From: Eledone cirrhosa
Lineage: Eukaryota
Length of the DNA stretch: 64,000 nucleotides
Assembly: GCA_964016885.1 (NCBI GenBank)
Contig: OZ024746.1
Location: 52,266,001-52,330,000 of the forward strand
Reading direction: 5' to 3'
The position numbers and the translations under genes are program-made. Positions 13,601 through 28,900 of this stretch are shown here, in pieces. How positions within the stretch are numbered: the first letter of the stretch is position 1; each line of letters opens with the position of its first letter. The notes below the pieces were generated by a model. It had not been told where the DNA came from, did not search any database, and worked only from the letters and a program-made list of their open reading frames with translations.

Positions 13601-16213
13601 TATAGTATGGTGTATATAGGTGTGTCTTGTATGGTAAGGAATTCTATGTATTAGGTATGTTATACTTTGAATAGAGTAGTGTATGGTATAGAATGGTGTA
13701 TATAGGTGTGTGTTGAATGGTAGGGAATTATATGTATTGGGTATGTTATACTTAATATGGAGTAGTGTATGGTATAGAATGGTGTATATAGGTGTGTGTT
13801 GTACGGTATGGAATTCTATGTATTAGGTATGTTATACTGAGTATGGAGTAGTGTATGGTATAGAATGGTGTATATAGGTGTGTGTTGTATGGTATCGAAT
13901 TCTATGAATTGGGTATGTTATATTTAGTATGGAGTAATGTATGGTATAGAATGGTGTATATAGGTGTGTGTTGTATGGTATGGAATTCTATGTATTGGGT
14001 ATGTTATATTTAGTATGGAGTAGTGTATGGCATAGACTGGTGTATATAGGTGTGTGTTGTATGGTATGGAATGCTCTGTATTGGGTATGTTATATTTGTA
14101 TGGAGTAGTGTATGGTATAGAATGGTGTATATAGGTGTGTGTTGTATGGTATGGAATTCTATGTATTGGGTATGTTATACTTAGTATGGAGTAGTGTATG
14201 GTATAGAATGGTGTATATAGGTGTGTGTTGTATGTTATGGAATTCTATATATTGGGTATGTTATCATTAATATGGAGTAGTGTATGGTATAGAATGGTGT
14301 ATAAAGCAGTGTGTTGTATGGTATGGAATTCTATGTATTAGGTATGTTATACTTTGAATAGAGTAGTGTATGATATAGTATGGTATATATAGATGTGTGT
14401 TGTACGGTATGGAATTCTATGTATTGGTTATGTTATATTTAGTATGGAGTAGTGTATGGCATAGGCTGGTGTATATAGGTGTGTGTTGTATTGTATGGAA
14501 TGCTATGTATTGGGTATGTTATACTTTGTATCGAGTAGTGTATGGTATAGAATGGTGTATATAGGTGTGTGTTGTATGGTATGGAATTCTATGTATTGGG
14601 TATGTTATACTGTGTATGGAGTAGTGTATGGTATAGAATGGTGTATATATGTGTGTGTTGTATGGTATGGAATTCTATGTATTAGGTATGTTATACTGAG
14701 TTTGGAGTAGTGTATGGTATAGACTGGTGGATATAGGTGTGTGTTGTATGGTATGGAATTCTATGTATTCGGTATGTTATACATAGTATGGAGTAGTGTA
14801 TGGTATAGAATGGTGTATATAGGTGTGTGTTGTATGGTATGGAATTCTATGTATTGGTTATGTTATATTTAGTATGGAGTAGTGTATGGTATAGAATGGT
14901 GTATATAGGTGTGTGTTGTATGGTATTGAATTCTATGTATGGTGTATGTTATACTTAATATGGAGTAGTGTATGGTATAGAATGGTGTATATAGGTGTGT
15001 GTTGTATGGTATTGAATTCTATGTATGGTGTATGTTATACTTAATATGGAGTAGTGTATGGTATAGAATGGAGTATATAGGTGTGTGTTGTATGGTATGG
15101 AATTCTATGAATTGGGTATGTTATATTTAGTAAGGAGTAGTGTATGGTATAGACTGGTGTATATAGGTGTGTTGTATGGTATGGAATTCTATGTATTGGG
15201 TATGTTATACTTAGTATGGAGTAGTGTATGGTATAGAATGGTGTATATAGGTGTGTGTTGTATGGTATGGAATTCTATGTATTGGGTATGTTATACTTAG
15301 TATGGAGTAGTGTATGGCATAGACTGTTGTATATAGGTGTGTGTTGTATGGTATGTAATGCTATGTATTGGGTATGTTATACTTTGTATGGAGTAGTGTA
15401 TGGTATAGAATGGTGTATATAGGTGTGTGTCGTATGGTATTGAATTCTATGTATGGTGTATGTTATACTTAATATGGAGTAGTGTATGGTATAGAATGGT
15501 GTATATAGGTGTGTGTTGTATGGTATGGAATTCGATGAATTGGGTATGTTATATTTAGTATGGAGTAGTGTATGGTATAGCATGGTGTATATAGGTGTGT
15601 GTTGTATGGTATGGAATTCTATATATTGGGTATGTTATATTTAGTATGGAGTAGTGTATGGTATAGACTGGTGTATATAGGTGTGTGTTGTATGGTATCG
15701 AATGCTATGTATTGGGTATGTTATACTTTGTATGGAGTAGTGTATGGTATAGTATGGTGTATATAGGTGTGTGTTGTATGGAATTCTATGTATTGGGTAT
15801 GTTATACTTAGTATGGAGTAGTTTATGGTATATAATGGTGTATATAGGTGTGTGTTGTATGGTATGGAATTCTATGTACTGATTATGTTAAACTTAGTAT
15901 GGAGTAGTGTATGGCATAGAATGGTGTATATATGTGTGTCTTGTATGGTATGGCATTCTATGTTTTCGGTATGTTATACTTAGTATGGAGTAGTGTATGG
16001 TATAGTATGGTGTATATAGGTGTGTGTTGTATGGTAAGGAATTCTATGTATTAGGTATGTTATACTTTGAATAGAGTAGTGTATGGTATAGAATGGTGTA
16101 TATAGGTGTGTGTTGAATGGTAGGGAATTATATGTATTGGGTATGTTATACTTAATATGGAGTAGTGTATGGTATAGAATGGTGTATATAGGTGTGTGTT
16201 GTACGGTATGGAA
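10639..16213. repeat. Left HOR unit 3, 65 monomers (5575 bp)
   Basis: 65x86=5590, minus 15. ORF pairs 9802/15377 and 10110/15685 are offset by 5575. Confidence 0.85.
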
Positions 16214-19200
16214 TTCTATGTATTAGGTATGTTATACTGAGTATGGAGTAGTGTATGGTATAGAATGGTGTATATAGGTGTATGTTGTATGGTATGGAAT
16301 TCTATGAATTGGGTATGTTATATTTAGTATGGAGTAATGTATGGTATAGAATGGTGTATATAGGTGTGTGTTGTATGGTATGGAATTCTATGTATTGAGT
16401 ATGTTATATTTAGTATGGAGTAGTGTATGGCATAGACTGGTGTATACAGGTGTGTGTTGTATGGTATGGAATGCTATGTATTGGGTATGTTATACTTTGT
16501 ATGGAGTAGTGTATGGTATAGGATGGTGTATATAGGTGTGTGTTGTATGGTATGGAATTCTATGTATTGGGTATGTTATACTTAGTATGGAGTAGTGTAT
16601 GGTATAGAATGGTGTATATAGGTGTGTGTTGTATGGTATGGAATTCTATATATTGGGTATGTTATCTTTAATATGGAGTAGTGTATGGTATAGAATGGTG
16701 TATAAAGCAGTGTGTTGTATGGTATGGAATTCTATGTATTAGGTATGTTATACTTTGAATAGAGTAGTGTATGATATAGTATGGTATATATAGATGTGTG
16801 TTGTATGGTATGGAATTCTATGTATTGGGTATGTTATATTTAGTATGGAGAAGTGTATGGTATAGAATGGTGTATATAGGTGTGTGTTGTATGGTATGGA
16901 ATTCTATGTATTGGGTATGTTATACTTTGTATGGAGTAGTGTATGTTATAGAATGGTGTATATAGGTGTGTGTTGTATGATATCGAATTCTATGTATTGG
17001 GTATGTTATACTTTGTATGGAGTAGTGTATGGTATAGAATGGTGTATATAGGTGTGTGTTGTATGGTATGGAATTCTATGTATTGGTTATGTTATACTTA
17101 GTATGGAGTAGTGTATGGTATAGACTGGTGGATATAGGTGTGTGTTGTATGGTATGGAATTCTATGTATTCGGTATGTTATACATAGTATGGAGTAGTGT
17201 ATGGTATAGAATGGTGTATATAGGTGTGTGTTGTATGGTATGGAATTCTATGTATTGGTTATGTTATATTTAGTATGGAGTAGTGTATGGTATAGAATGG
17301 TGTATATAGGTGTGTGTTGTATGGTATTGAATTCTATGTATGGTGTATGTTATACTTAATATGGAGTAGTGTATGGTATAGAATGGTGTATATAGGTGTG
17401 TGTTGTATGGTATGGAATTCTATATATTGGGTATGTTATATTTAGTATGGAGTAGTGTATGGCATAGACTGGTGTATATAGGTGTGTGTTGTATGGTATG
17501 GAATGCTATGTATTGGGTATGTTATACTTTGTATGGAGTAGTGTATGGTATAGTATGGTGTATATAGGTGTGTGTTGTATGGAATTCTATGTATTGGGTA
17601 TGTTATACTTAGTATGGAGTAGTTTATGGTATATAATGGTGTATATAGGTGTGTGTTGCATGGTATGGAATTCTATGTATTGATTATGTTAAACTTAGTA
17701 TGGAGTAGTGTATGGCATAGAATGTTGTATATAGGTGTGTGTTGTATGGTATGGAATTCCATGTATTGGGTATGTTATACTTAGTATGGAGTAGTGTATG
17801 CCATAGACTGGTGTATATAGGTGTGTGTTGTATGGTATGGAATTCTATGTATTCGGTATGTTATACTTAGTATGGAGTAGTGTATGGTATAGTATGGTGT
17901 ATATAGGTGTGTCTTGTATGGTAAGGAATTCTATGTATTAGGTATGTTATAGTTGAATAGAGTAGTGTATGGTATAGAATGGTGTATATAGGTGTGTGTT
18001 GAATGGTAGGGAATTATATGTATTGGGTATGTTATACTTAATATAGAGTAGTGTATGGTATAGAATGGTGTATAGAGGTGTGTGTTGTACGGTATGGAAT
18101 TCTATTTATTAGGTATGTTATACTGAGTATGGAGTAGTGTATGGTATAGAACGGTGTATAGAGGTGTGTGTTGTATGGTATGGAATTCTATGTATTGGTT
18201 ATGTTATACTTAGTATGGAGTAGTGTATGGTATAGACTGGTGTATATACGTGTGTGTTGTATGGTATGGAATTCTATGAATTGGGTATGTTATATTTAGT
18301 ATGGAGTAGTGTATGGTATATAACGGTGTATATAGGTGTGTGTTGATATGGTATGGAATTCTATGTATAGGTTATGTTATATTTAGTATGGAGTAGTGTA
18401 TGGCATAGACTGGTGTATATAGGTGTGTTTTGTATTGTATGGAATGCTATGTATTGGGTATGTTATACTTTGTATGGAGTAGTGTATGGTATAGAATGGT
18501 GTATATAGGTGTGTGTTGTATGGTATGGAATTCTATGTATTGGGTATGTTATACTGTGTATGGAGTAGTGTATGGTATAGAATGGTGTATATAGGTGTGT
18601 GTTGTATGGTATGGAATTCTATGTATTAGGTATGTTATACTGAGTTTGGAGTAGTGTATGGTATAGAATGGTGTATATAGGTGTTAGTTGTATGGTATGG
18701 AATTCTATGAATTTGGTATGTTATATTTAGTATGGAGTAGTGTATGGTATAGACTGGTGTATATAGGTGTGTTGTATGCTATGGAATTCTATGTATTGGG
18801 TATGTTATACTTAGTATGGAGTAGTGTATGGTATAGAATGGTGTATATAGGTGTGTTGTATGGTATGGAATTCTATGTATTGGGTATGTTATATTTAGTA
18901 TGGAGTAGTGTATGGTATAGAATGGTGTATATAGGTGTGTGTTGTATGGTATGGAATTCTATGTATTGGGTATGTAATACTTAGTATGGAGTAGTGTATG
19001 GCATAGACTGTTGTATATAGGTGTGTGTTGTATGGTATGGAATGCTATGTATTGGGTATGTTATACTTTGTATGGAGTAGTGTATGGTATAGAATGGTGT
19101 ATATAGGTGTGTGTTGTATGGTATTGAATTCTATGTATGGTGTATGTTATACTTAATATGGAGTAGTGTATGGTATAGAATGGTGTATATAGGTGTGTGT

Positions 19201-22200
19201 TGTACGGTATGGAATTCTATGTATTAGGTATGTTATACTGAGTATGGAGTAGTGTATGGTATAGAATGGTGTATATAGGTGTGTGTTGTATGGTATGGAA
19301 TTCGATGAATTGGGTATGTTATATTTAGTATGGAGTAGTGTATGGTATAGCATGGTGTATATAGGTGTGTGTTGTATGGTATGGAATTCTATATATTGGG
19401 TATGTTATATTTAGTATGGAGTAGTGTATGGTATAGACTGGTGTATATAGGTGTGTGTTGTATGGTATCGAATGCTATGTATTGGGTATGTTATACTTTG
19501 AATAGAGTAGTGTATGGTATAGAATGGTGTATATAGGTGTGTGTTGAATGGTAGGGAATTATATGTATTGGGTATGTTATACTTAATATGGAGTAGTGTA
19601 TGGTATAGAATGGTGTATATAGGTGTGTGTTGTACGGTATGGAATTCTATGTATTAGGTATGTTATACTGAGTATGGAGTAGTGTATGGTATAGAATGGT
19701 GTATATAGGTGTATGTTGTATGGTATGGAATTCTATGAATTGGGTATGCTATATTTAGTATGGAGTAATGTATGGTATAGAATGGTGTATATAGGTGTGT
19801 GTTGTATGGTATGGAATTCTATGTATTGAGTATGTTATATTTAGTATGGAGTAGTGTATGGCATAGACTGGTGTATACAGGTGTGTGTTGTATGGTATGG
19901 AATGCTATGTATTGGGTATGTTATACTTTGTATGGAGTAGTGTATGGTATAGGATGGTGTATATAGGTGTGTGTTGTATGGTATGGAAGTCTATGTATTG
20001 GGTATGTTATACTTAGTATGGAGTAGTGTATGGTATAGAATGGTGTATATAGGTGTGTGTTGTATGGTATGGAATTCTATATATTGGGTATGTTATCTTT
20101 AATATGGAGTAGTGTATGGTATAGAATGGTGTATAAAGCAGTGTGTTGTATGGTATGGAATTCTATGTATTAGGTATGTTATACTTTGAATAGAGTAGTG
20201 TATGATATAGTATGGTATATATAGATGTGTGTTGTATGGTATGGAATTCTATGTATTGGGTATGTTATATTTAGTATGGAGAAGTGTATGGTATAGAATG
20301 GTGTATATAGGTGTGTGTGGTATGGTATGGAATTCTATGTATTGGGTATGTTATACTTTGTATGGAGTAGTGTATGTTATAGAATGGTGTATATAGGTGT
20401 GTGTTGTATGATATCGAATTCTATGTATTGGGTATGTTATACTTTGTATGGAGTAGTGTATGGTATAGAATGGTGTATATAGGTGTGTGTTGTATGGTAT
20501 GGAATTCTATGTATTGGTTATGTTATACTTAGTATGGAGTAGTGTATGGTATAGACTGGTGGATATAGGTGTGTGTTGTATGGTATGGAATTCTATGTAT
20601 TCGGTATGTTATACATAGTATGGAGTAGTGTATGGTATAGAATGGTGTATATAGGTGTGTGTTGTATGGTATGGAATTCTATGTATTGGTTATGTTATAT
20701 TTAGTATGGAGTAGTGTATGGTATAGAATGGTGTATATAGGTGTGTGTTGTATGGTATTGAATTCTATGTATGGTGTATGTTATACTTAATATGGAGTAG
20801 TGTATGGTATAGAATGGTGTATATAGGTGTGTGTTGTATGGTATGGAATTCTATATATTGGGTATGTTATATTTAGTATGGAGTAGTGTATGGCATAGAC
20901 TGGTGTATATAGGTGTGTGTTGTATGGTATGGAATGCTATGTATTGGGTATGTTATACTTTGTATGGAGTAGTGTATGGTATAGTATGGTGTATATAGGT
21001 GTGTGTTGTATGGAATTCTATGTAATGGGTATGTTATACTTAGTATGGAGTAGTTTATGGTATATAATGGTGTATATAGGTGTGTGTTGTATGGTATGGA
21101 ATTCTATGTATTGATTATGTTAAACTTAGTATGGAGTAGTGTATGGCATAGAATGTTGTATATAGGTGTGTGTTGTATGGTATGGAATTCTATGTATTGG
21201 GTATGTTATACTTAGTATGGAGTAGTGTATGCCATAGACTGGTGTATATAGGTGTGTGTTGTATGGTATGGAATTCTATGTATTCGGTATGTTATACTTA
21301 GTATGGAGTAGTGTATGGTATAGTATGGTGTATATAGGTGTGTCTTGTATGGTAAGGAATTCTATGTATTAGGTATGTTATAGTTGAATAGAGTAGTGTA
21401 TGGTATAGAATGGTGTATATAGGTGTGTGTTGAATGGTAGGGAATTATATGTATTGGGTATGTTATACTTAATATAGAGTAGTGTATGGTATAGAATGGT
21501 GTATAGAGGTGTGTGTTGTACGGTATGGAATTCTATTTATTAGGTATGTTATACTGAGTATGGAGTAGTGTATGGTATAGAACGGTGTATAGAGGTGTGT
21601 GTTGTATGGTATGGAATGCTATGTATTGGGTATGTTATACTTTGTATGGAGTAGTGTATGGTATAGAATGGTGTATATAGGTGTGTGTTGTATGGTATGG
21701 AATTCTATGTATTGGGTATGTTATACTTAGTATGGAGTAGTGTATGGTATAGAATGGTGTATATAGGTGTGGTGTTGTATGGTATGGAATTCTATATATT
21801 GGGTATGTTATCATTAATATGGAGTAGTGTATGGTATAGAATGGTGTATAAAGCAGTGTGTTGTATGGTATGGAATTCTATGTATTAGGTATGTTATACA
21901 TTCAATAGAGTAGTGTATGATATAGTATGGTATATATAGATGTGTGTTGTACGGTATGGAATTCTATGTATTGGGTATGTTATATTTAGTATGGAGTAGT
22001 GTATGGTATAGAATGGTGTATATAGGTGTGTGTTGTATGGTATGGAATTCTATGTATTGGTTATGTTATACTTAGTATGGAGTAGTGTATGGTATAGACT
22101 GGTGTATATACGTGTGTGTTGTATGGTATGGAATGCTATGAATTGGGTATGTTATATTTAGTATGGAGTAGTGTATGGTATATAACGGTGTATATAGGTG

Positions 22201-22990
22201 TGTGTTGATATGGTATGGAATTCTATGTATAGGTTATGTTATATTTAGTATGGAGTAGTGTATGGCATAGACTGGTGTATATAGGTGTGTTTTGTATTGT
22301 ATGGAATGCTATGTATTGGGTATGTTATACTTTGTATGGAGTAGTGTATGGTATAGAATGGTGTATATAGGTGTGTGTTGTATGGTATGGAATTCTATGT
22401 ATTGGGTATGTTATACTGTGTATGGAGTAGTGTATGGTATAGAATGGTGTATATATGTGTGTGTTGTATGGTATGGAATTCTATGTATTAGGTATGTTAT
22501 ACTGAGTTTGGAGTAGTGTATGGTATAGAATGGTGTATATAGGTGTTAGTTGTATGGTATGGAATTCTATGAATTTGGTATGTTATATTTATTATGGAGT
22601 AGTGTATGGTATAGACTGGTGTATATAGGTGTGTTGTATGCTATGGAATTCTATGTATTGGGTATGTTATACTTAGTATGGAGTAGTGTATGGTATAGAA
22701 TGGTGTATATAGGTGTGTTGTATGGTATGGAATTCTATGTATTGGGTATGTTATATTTAGTTTGGAGTAGTGTATGGCATAGACTGTTGTATATAGGTGT
22801 GTGTTGTATGGTATGGAATGCTATGTATTGGGTATGTTATACTTTGTATGGAGTAGTGTATGGTATAGAATGGTGTATATAGGTGTGTGTTGTATGGTAT
22901 TGAATTCTATGTATGGTGTATGTTATACTTAATATGGAGTAGTGTATGGTATAGAATGGTGTATATAGGTGTGTATTGTACGGTATGGAA
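16214..22990. repeat. Left HOR units 4 and 5, shortened (40 monomers, 3431 bp; 39 monomers, 3346 bp)
   Basis: ORFs 17486/20917 are offset by 3431. Shared private variants: TTATAGTTGAATAG (~17950, ~21380), GTATAGAGG, TTCTATTTATT, the GTTGATATGG insertion (18346, 22208) and GGTGTTAGTTG. Confidence 0.82.
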
Positions 22991-25900
22991 TTCTATGTAT
23001 TAGGTATGTTATACTGAGTATGGAGTAGTGTATGGTATAGAATGGTGTATATAGGTGTATGTTGTATGGTATGGAATTCTATGAATTGGGTATGTTATAT
23101 TTAGTATGGAGTAATGTATGGTATAGAATGGTGTATATAGGTGTGTGTTGTATGGTATGGAATTCTATGTATTGAGTATGTTATATTTAGTATGGAGTAG
23201 TGTAGGGCATAGACTGGTGTATATAGGTGTGTGTTGTATGTTATGGAATGCTATGTATTGGGTATGTTATACTTTGTATGGAGTAGTGTATGGTATAGAA
23301 TGGTGTATATAGGTGTGTGTTGTATGGTATGGAATTCTATGTATTGGGTATGTTATACTTAGTATGGAGTAGTGTATGGTATAGAATGGTGTATATAGGT
23401 GTGTGTTGTATGGTATGGAATTCTATATATTGGGTATGTTATCCTTAATATGGGGTAGTGTATGGTATAGAATGGTGTATAAAGCAGTGTGTTGTATGGT
23501 ATGGAATTCTATGTATTAGGTATGTTATACTTTGAATAGAGTAGTGTATGATATAGTATGGTATATATAGATGTGTGTTGTATGGTATGGACTTCTATGT
23601 ATTGTGTATGTTATATTTAGTATGGAGTAGTGTATGGTATAGAATGGTGTATATAGGTGTGTGTTGTATGGTATGGAATTCTATGTATTGGGTATGTTAT
23701 ACTTAGTATGGAGTAGTGTATGGCATAGAATGGTGTATATAGGTGTGTGTTGTATGGTATGGAATTCTATGTATTGGGTATGTTATACTTTGTATGGAGT
23801 AGTGTATGTTATAGAATGGTGTATATAGGTGTGTGTTGTATGATATCGAATTCTATGTATTGGGTATGTTATACTTTGTATGGAGTAGTGTATGGTATAG
23901 AATGGTGTATATAGGTGTGTGTTGTATGGTATGGAATTCTATGTATTGGTTATGTTATACTTAGTATGGAGTAGTGTATGGTATAGACTGGTGTATATAG
24001 GTGTGTGTTGTATGGTATGGAATTCTATGTATTCGGTATGTTATACTTAGTATGGAGTAGTGTATGGTATAGAATGGTGTATATAGGTGTGTGTTGTATG
24101 GTATGGAATTCTATGTATTGGTTATGTTATATTTAGTATGGAGTAGTGTATGGTATAGAATGGTGTATATAGGTGTGTGTTGTATGGTATGGAATTCTAT
24201 GAATTGGGTATGTTATATTTAGTATGGAGTAGTGTATGGTATAGAATGGTGTATATAGGTGTGTGTTGTATGGTATGGAATTCTATGTATTGGGTATGTT
24301 ATATTTAGTATGGAGTAGTGTATGGTATAGAATGGTGTATATAGGTGTGTGTTGTATGGTATGGAATTCTATGTATTGGGTATGTTATACTTAGTATGGA
24401 GTAGTGTATGGCATAGACTGTTGTATATAGGTGTGTGTTGTATGGTATGGAATGCTATGTATTGGGTATGTTATACTTTGTATGGAGTAGTGTATGGTAT
24501 AGAATGGTGTATATAGGTGTGTGTTGTATGGTATTGAATTCTATGTATGGTGTATGTTATACTTAATATGGAGTAGTGTATGGTATAGAATGGTGTATAT
24601 AGGTGTGTGTTGTATGGTATGGAATTCTATGAATTGGGTATGTTATATTTAGTATGGAGTAGTGTATGGTATAGCATGGTGTATATAGGTGTGTGTTGTA
24701 TGGTATGGAATTCTATATATTGGGTATGTTATATTTAGTATGGAGTAGAGTATGGCATAGACTGGTGTATATAGGTGTGTGGTGTATGGTATGGAATGCT
24801 ATGTATTGGGTATGTTATACTTTGTATGGAGTAGTGTATGGTATAGTATGGTGTATATAGGTGTGTGTTGTATGGAATTCTATGTATTGGTTATGTTAAA
24901 CTTAGTATGGAGTAGTGTATGGCATAGAATGGTGTATATAGGTGTGTGTTGTATGGTATGGAATTCTATGTATTGGGTATGTTATACTTAGTATGGAGTA
25001 GTGTATGCCATAGACTGGTGTATATAGGTGTGTGTTGTATGGTATGGAATTCTATGTATTCGGTATGTTATACTTAGTATGGAGTAGTGTATGGTATAGT
25101 ATGGTGTATATAGGTGTGTCTTGTATGGTAAGGAATTCTATGTATTAGGTATGTTATACTTTGAATAGAGTAGTGTATGGTATAGAATGGTGTATATAGG
25201 TGTGTGTTGTATGGTATGGAATTATATGTATTGGGTATGTTATACTTAATATGGAGTAGTGTATGGTATAGAATGGTGTATATAGGTGTGTGTTGTACGG
25301 TATGGAATTCTATGTATTAGGTATGTTATACTGAGTATGGAGTAGTGTATGGTATAGAATGGTGTATATAGGTGTGTGTTGTATGGTATCGAATTCTATG
25401 AATTGGGTATGTTATATTTAGTATGGAGTAATGTATGGTATAGAATGGTGTATATAGGTGTGTGTTGTATGGTATGGAATTCTATGTATTCGGTATGTTA
25501 TATTTAGTATGGAGTAGTGTATGGCATAGACTGGTGTATATAGGTGTGTGTTGTATGGTATGGAATTCTATATATTGGGTATGTTATCATTAATATGGAG
25601 TAGTGTATGGTATAGAATGGTGTATAAAGCAGTGTGTTGTATGGTATGGAATTCTATGTATTAGGTATGTTATACTTTGAATAGAGTAGTGTATGATATA
25701 GTATGGTATATATAGATGTGTGTTGTACGGTATGGAATTCTATGTATTGGGTATGCTATATTTAGTATGGAGTAGTGTATGGTATAGAAAGGTGTATATA
25801 GGTGTGTGTTGTATGGTATGGAATTCTATGTATTGGTTATGTTATACTTAGTATGGAGTAGTGTATGGTATAGACTGGTGTATATACGTGTGTGTTGTAT

Positions 25901-28900
25901 GGTATGGAATTCTATGTATTAGGTATGTTATACTGAGTATGGAGTAGTGTATGTTATAGAATGGTGTATATAGGTGTGTGTTGTATGGTATGTAATTCTA
26001 TGAATTGGGTATGTTATATTTAGTATGGAGTAGTGTATGGTATATAACGGTGTATATAGGTGTGTGTTGTATGGTATGGAATTCTATGTATAGGTTATGT
26101 TATATTTAGTATGGAGTAGTGTATGGCATAGTCTGGTGTATATAGGTGTGTGTTGTATTGTATGGAATGCTATGTATTGGATATGTTATACTTTGTATGG
26201 AGTAGTGTATGGTATAGAACGGTGTATATAGGTGTGTGTTGTATGGTATGGAATTCTATGTATTGGGTATGTTATACTGTGTATGGAGTAGTGTATGGTA
26301 TAGAATGGTGTATATATGTGTGTGTTGTATGGTGTGGAATTCTATGTATTAGGTATGTTATACTGAGTTTGGAGTAGTGTATGGTATAGAATGGTGTATA
26401 TAGGTGTGTGTTGTATGGTATGGAATTCTATGAATTGGGTATGTTATATTTAGTATGGAGTAGTGTATGGTATAGACTGGTGTATATAGGTGTGTTGTAT
26501 GCTATGGAATTCTATGTATTGGGTACGTTATACTTAGTATGGAGTAGTGTATGGTATAGAATGGTGTATATAGGTGTGTGTTGTATGGTATGGAATTCTA
26601 TGTATTGGGTATGTTATATTTAGTATGGAGTAGTGTATGGTATAGAATGGTGTATATAGGTGTGTGTTGTATGGTATGGAATTCTATGTATTGTGTATGT
26701 TATACTTAGTATGGAGTAGTGTATGGCATAGACTGTTGTATATAGGTGTGTGTTGTATGGTATGGAATGCTATGTATTGGGTATGTTATACTTTGTATGG
26801 AGTAGTGTATGGTATAGAATGGTGTATATAGGTGTGTGTTGTATGGTATTGAATTCTATGTATGGTGTATGTTATACTTAATATGGAGTAGTGTATGGTA
26901 TAGAATGGTGTATATAGGTGTGTGTTGTATGGTATGGAATTCTATGAATTGGGTATGTTATATTTAGTATGGAGTAGTGTATGGTATAGCATGGTGTATA
27001 TAGGTGTGTGTTGTATGGTATGGAATTATATATATTGGGTATGTTATATTTAGTATGGAGTAGTGTATGGCATAGACTGGTGTATATAGGTGTGTGTTGT
27101 ATGGTATCGAATGCTATGTATTGGGTATGTTATACTTTGTATGGAGTAGTGTATTGTATAGTATGGTGTATATAGGTGTGTGTTGTATGGAATTCTATGT
27201 ATTGGGTATGTTATACTTAGTAAGGAGTAGTTTATGGTATATAATGGTGTATATAGGTGTGTGTTGTATGTTATGGAATTCTATGTATTGATTATGTTAA
27301 ACTTAGTATGGAGTAGTGTATGGCATAGAATGGTGTATATAGGTGTGTGTTGTATGGTATGGAATTCTATGTTTTCGGTATGTTATACTTAGTATGGAGT
27401 AGTGTATGGTATAGTATGGTGTATATAGGTGTGCCTTGTATGGTAAGGAATTCTATGTATTAGGTATGTTATACTTTGAATAGAGTAGTGTATGGTATAG
27501 AATGGTGTATATAGGTGTGTGTTGAATGGTAGGGAATTATATGTATTGGGTATGTTATACTTAATATGGAGTAGTGTATGGTATAGAATGGTGTATATAC
27601 GTGTGTGTTGTACGGTATGGAATTCTATGTATTAGGTATGTTATACTGAGTATGGAATAGTGTATGGTATATAATGGTGTATATAGGTGTGTGTTGTATG
27701 GTATCGAATTCTATGAATTGGGTATGTTATATTTAGTATGGAGTAATGTATGGTATAGAATGGTGTATATAGGTGTGTGTTGTATGGTATGGAATTCTAT
27801 GTATTGGGTATGTTATATTTAGTATGGAGTAGTGTATGGCATAGACTGGTGTATATAGGTGTGTGTTGTATGGTATGGAATGCTATGTATTGGGTATGTT
27901 ATACTTTGTATGGAGTAGTGTATGGTATAGAATGGTGTATATAGGTGTGTGTTGTATGGTATGGAATTCTATATATTGGGTATGTTATATTTAGTATGGA
28001 GTAGTGTATGGTATAGAATGGTGTATATAAGTGTGTGTTGTATGGTATGGAATTCTATATAATGGGTATGTTATCATTAATATGGAGTAGTGTATGGTAT
28101 AGAATGGTGTATAAAGCAGTGTGTTGTATGGTATGGAATTCTATGTATTAGGTATGTTATACTTTGAATAGAGTAGTGTATGATATAGTATAGTATATAT
28201 AGATGTGTGTTGTACGGTATGGAATTCTATGTATTGGGTATGTTATATTTAGTATGGAGTAGTGTATGGTATAGAATGGTGTATATAGGTGTGTGTTGTA
28301 TGGTATGGAATTCTATGTATTGGTTATGTTATATTTAGTATGGAGTAGTGTATGGTATTGAATGGTGTATATAGGTGTGTGTTGTATGGTATGGAATTCT
28401 ATGTATTGGTTATGTTATACTTAGTATGGAGTAGTGTATGGTATAGACTGGTGTATATACGCGTGTGTTGTAAGGTATGGAATTCTATGTATTGGGTATG
28501 TTATACTGTGTATGGAGTAGTGTATGGTATAGAATGGTGTATATATGTGTGTGTTGTATGGTATGGAATTCTATGTATTAGGTATGTTATACTGAGTTTG
28601 GAGTAGTGTATGGTATAGAATGGTGTATATAGGTGTGTGTTGTATGGTATGGAATTCTATGAATTGGGTATGTTATATTTAGTATGGAGTAGTGTATGGT
28701 ATAGACTGGTGTATATAGGTGTGTTGTATGCTATGGAATTCTATGTATTGGGTATGTTATACTTAGTATGGAGTAGTGTATGGTATAGAATGGTGTATAT
28801 AGGTGTGTGTTGTATGGTATGGAATTCTATGTATTGGGTATGTTATATTTAGTATGGAGTAGTGTATGGTATAGAATGGTGTATATAGATGTGTGTTGTA

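Larger units (their letters stand above)
1..22990. repeat. Left HOR domain: five related multi-kb units (1-5661, 5662-10638, 10639-16213, 16214-19644, 19645-22990)
   Basis: The same run of variant monomers restarts at 1, 5662, 10639, 16214, 19645 and 22991. The AAAGCAG marker sits at 491/6152/11129/16704/20135. ORF-track offsets of 5661, 4977, 5575 and 3431 agree. Domain-characteristic variants include GGAGAAGTG, GGTGGATATAGG, ATACATAG, GGTATAGGATGG and TTCGATGAATT. Confidence 0.9.

Noticed and set aside
22550-22882. Longest ORF (110 aa), resembling a repetitive membrane peptide
   Set aside because: It exists because two adjacent 84-bp monomers keep the frame. There is no independent evidence of coding.
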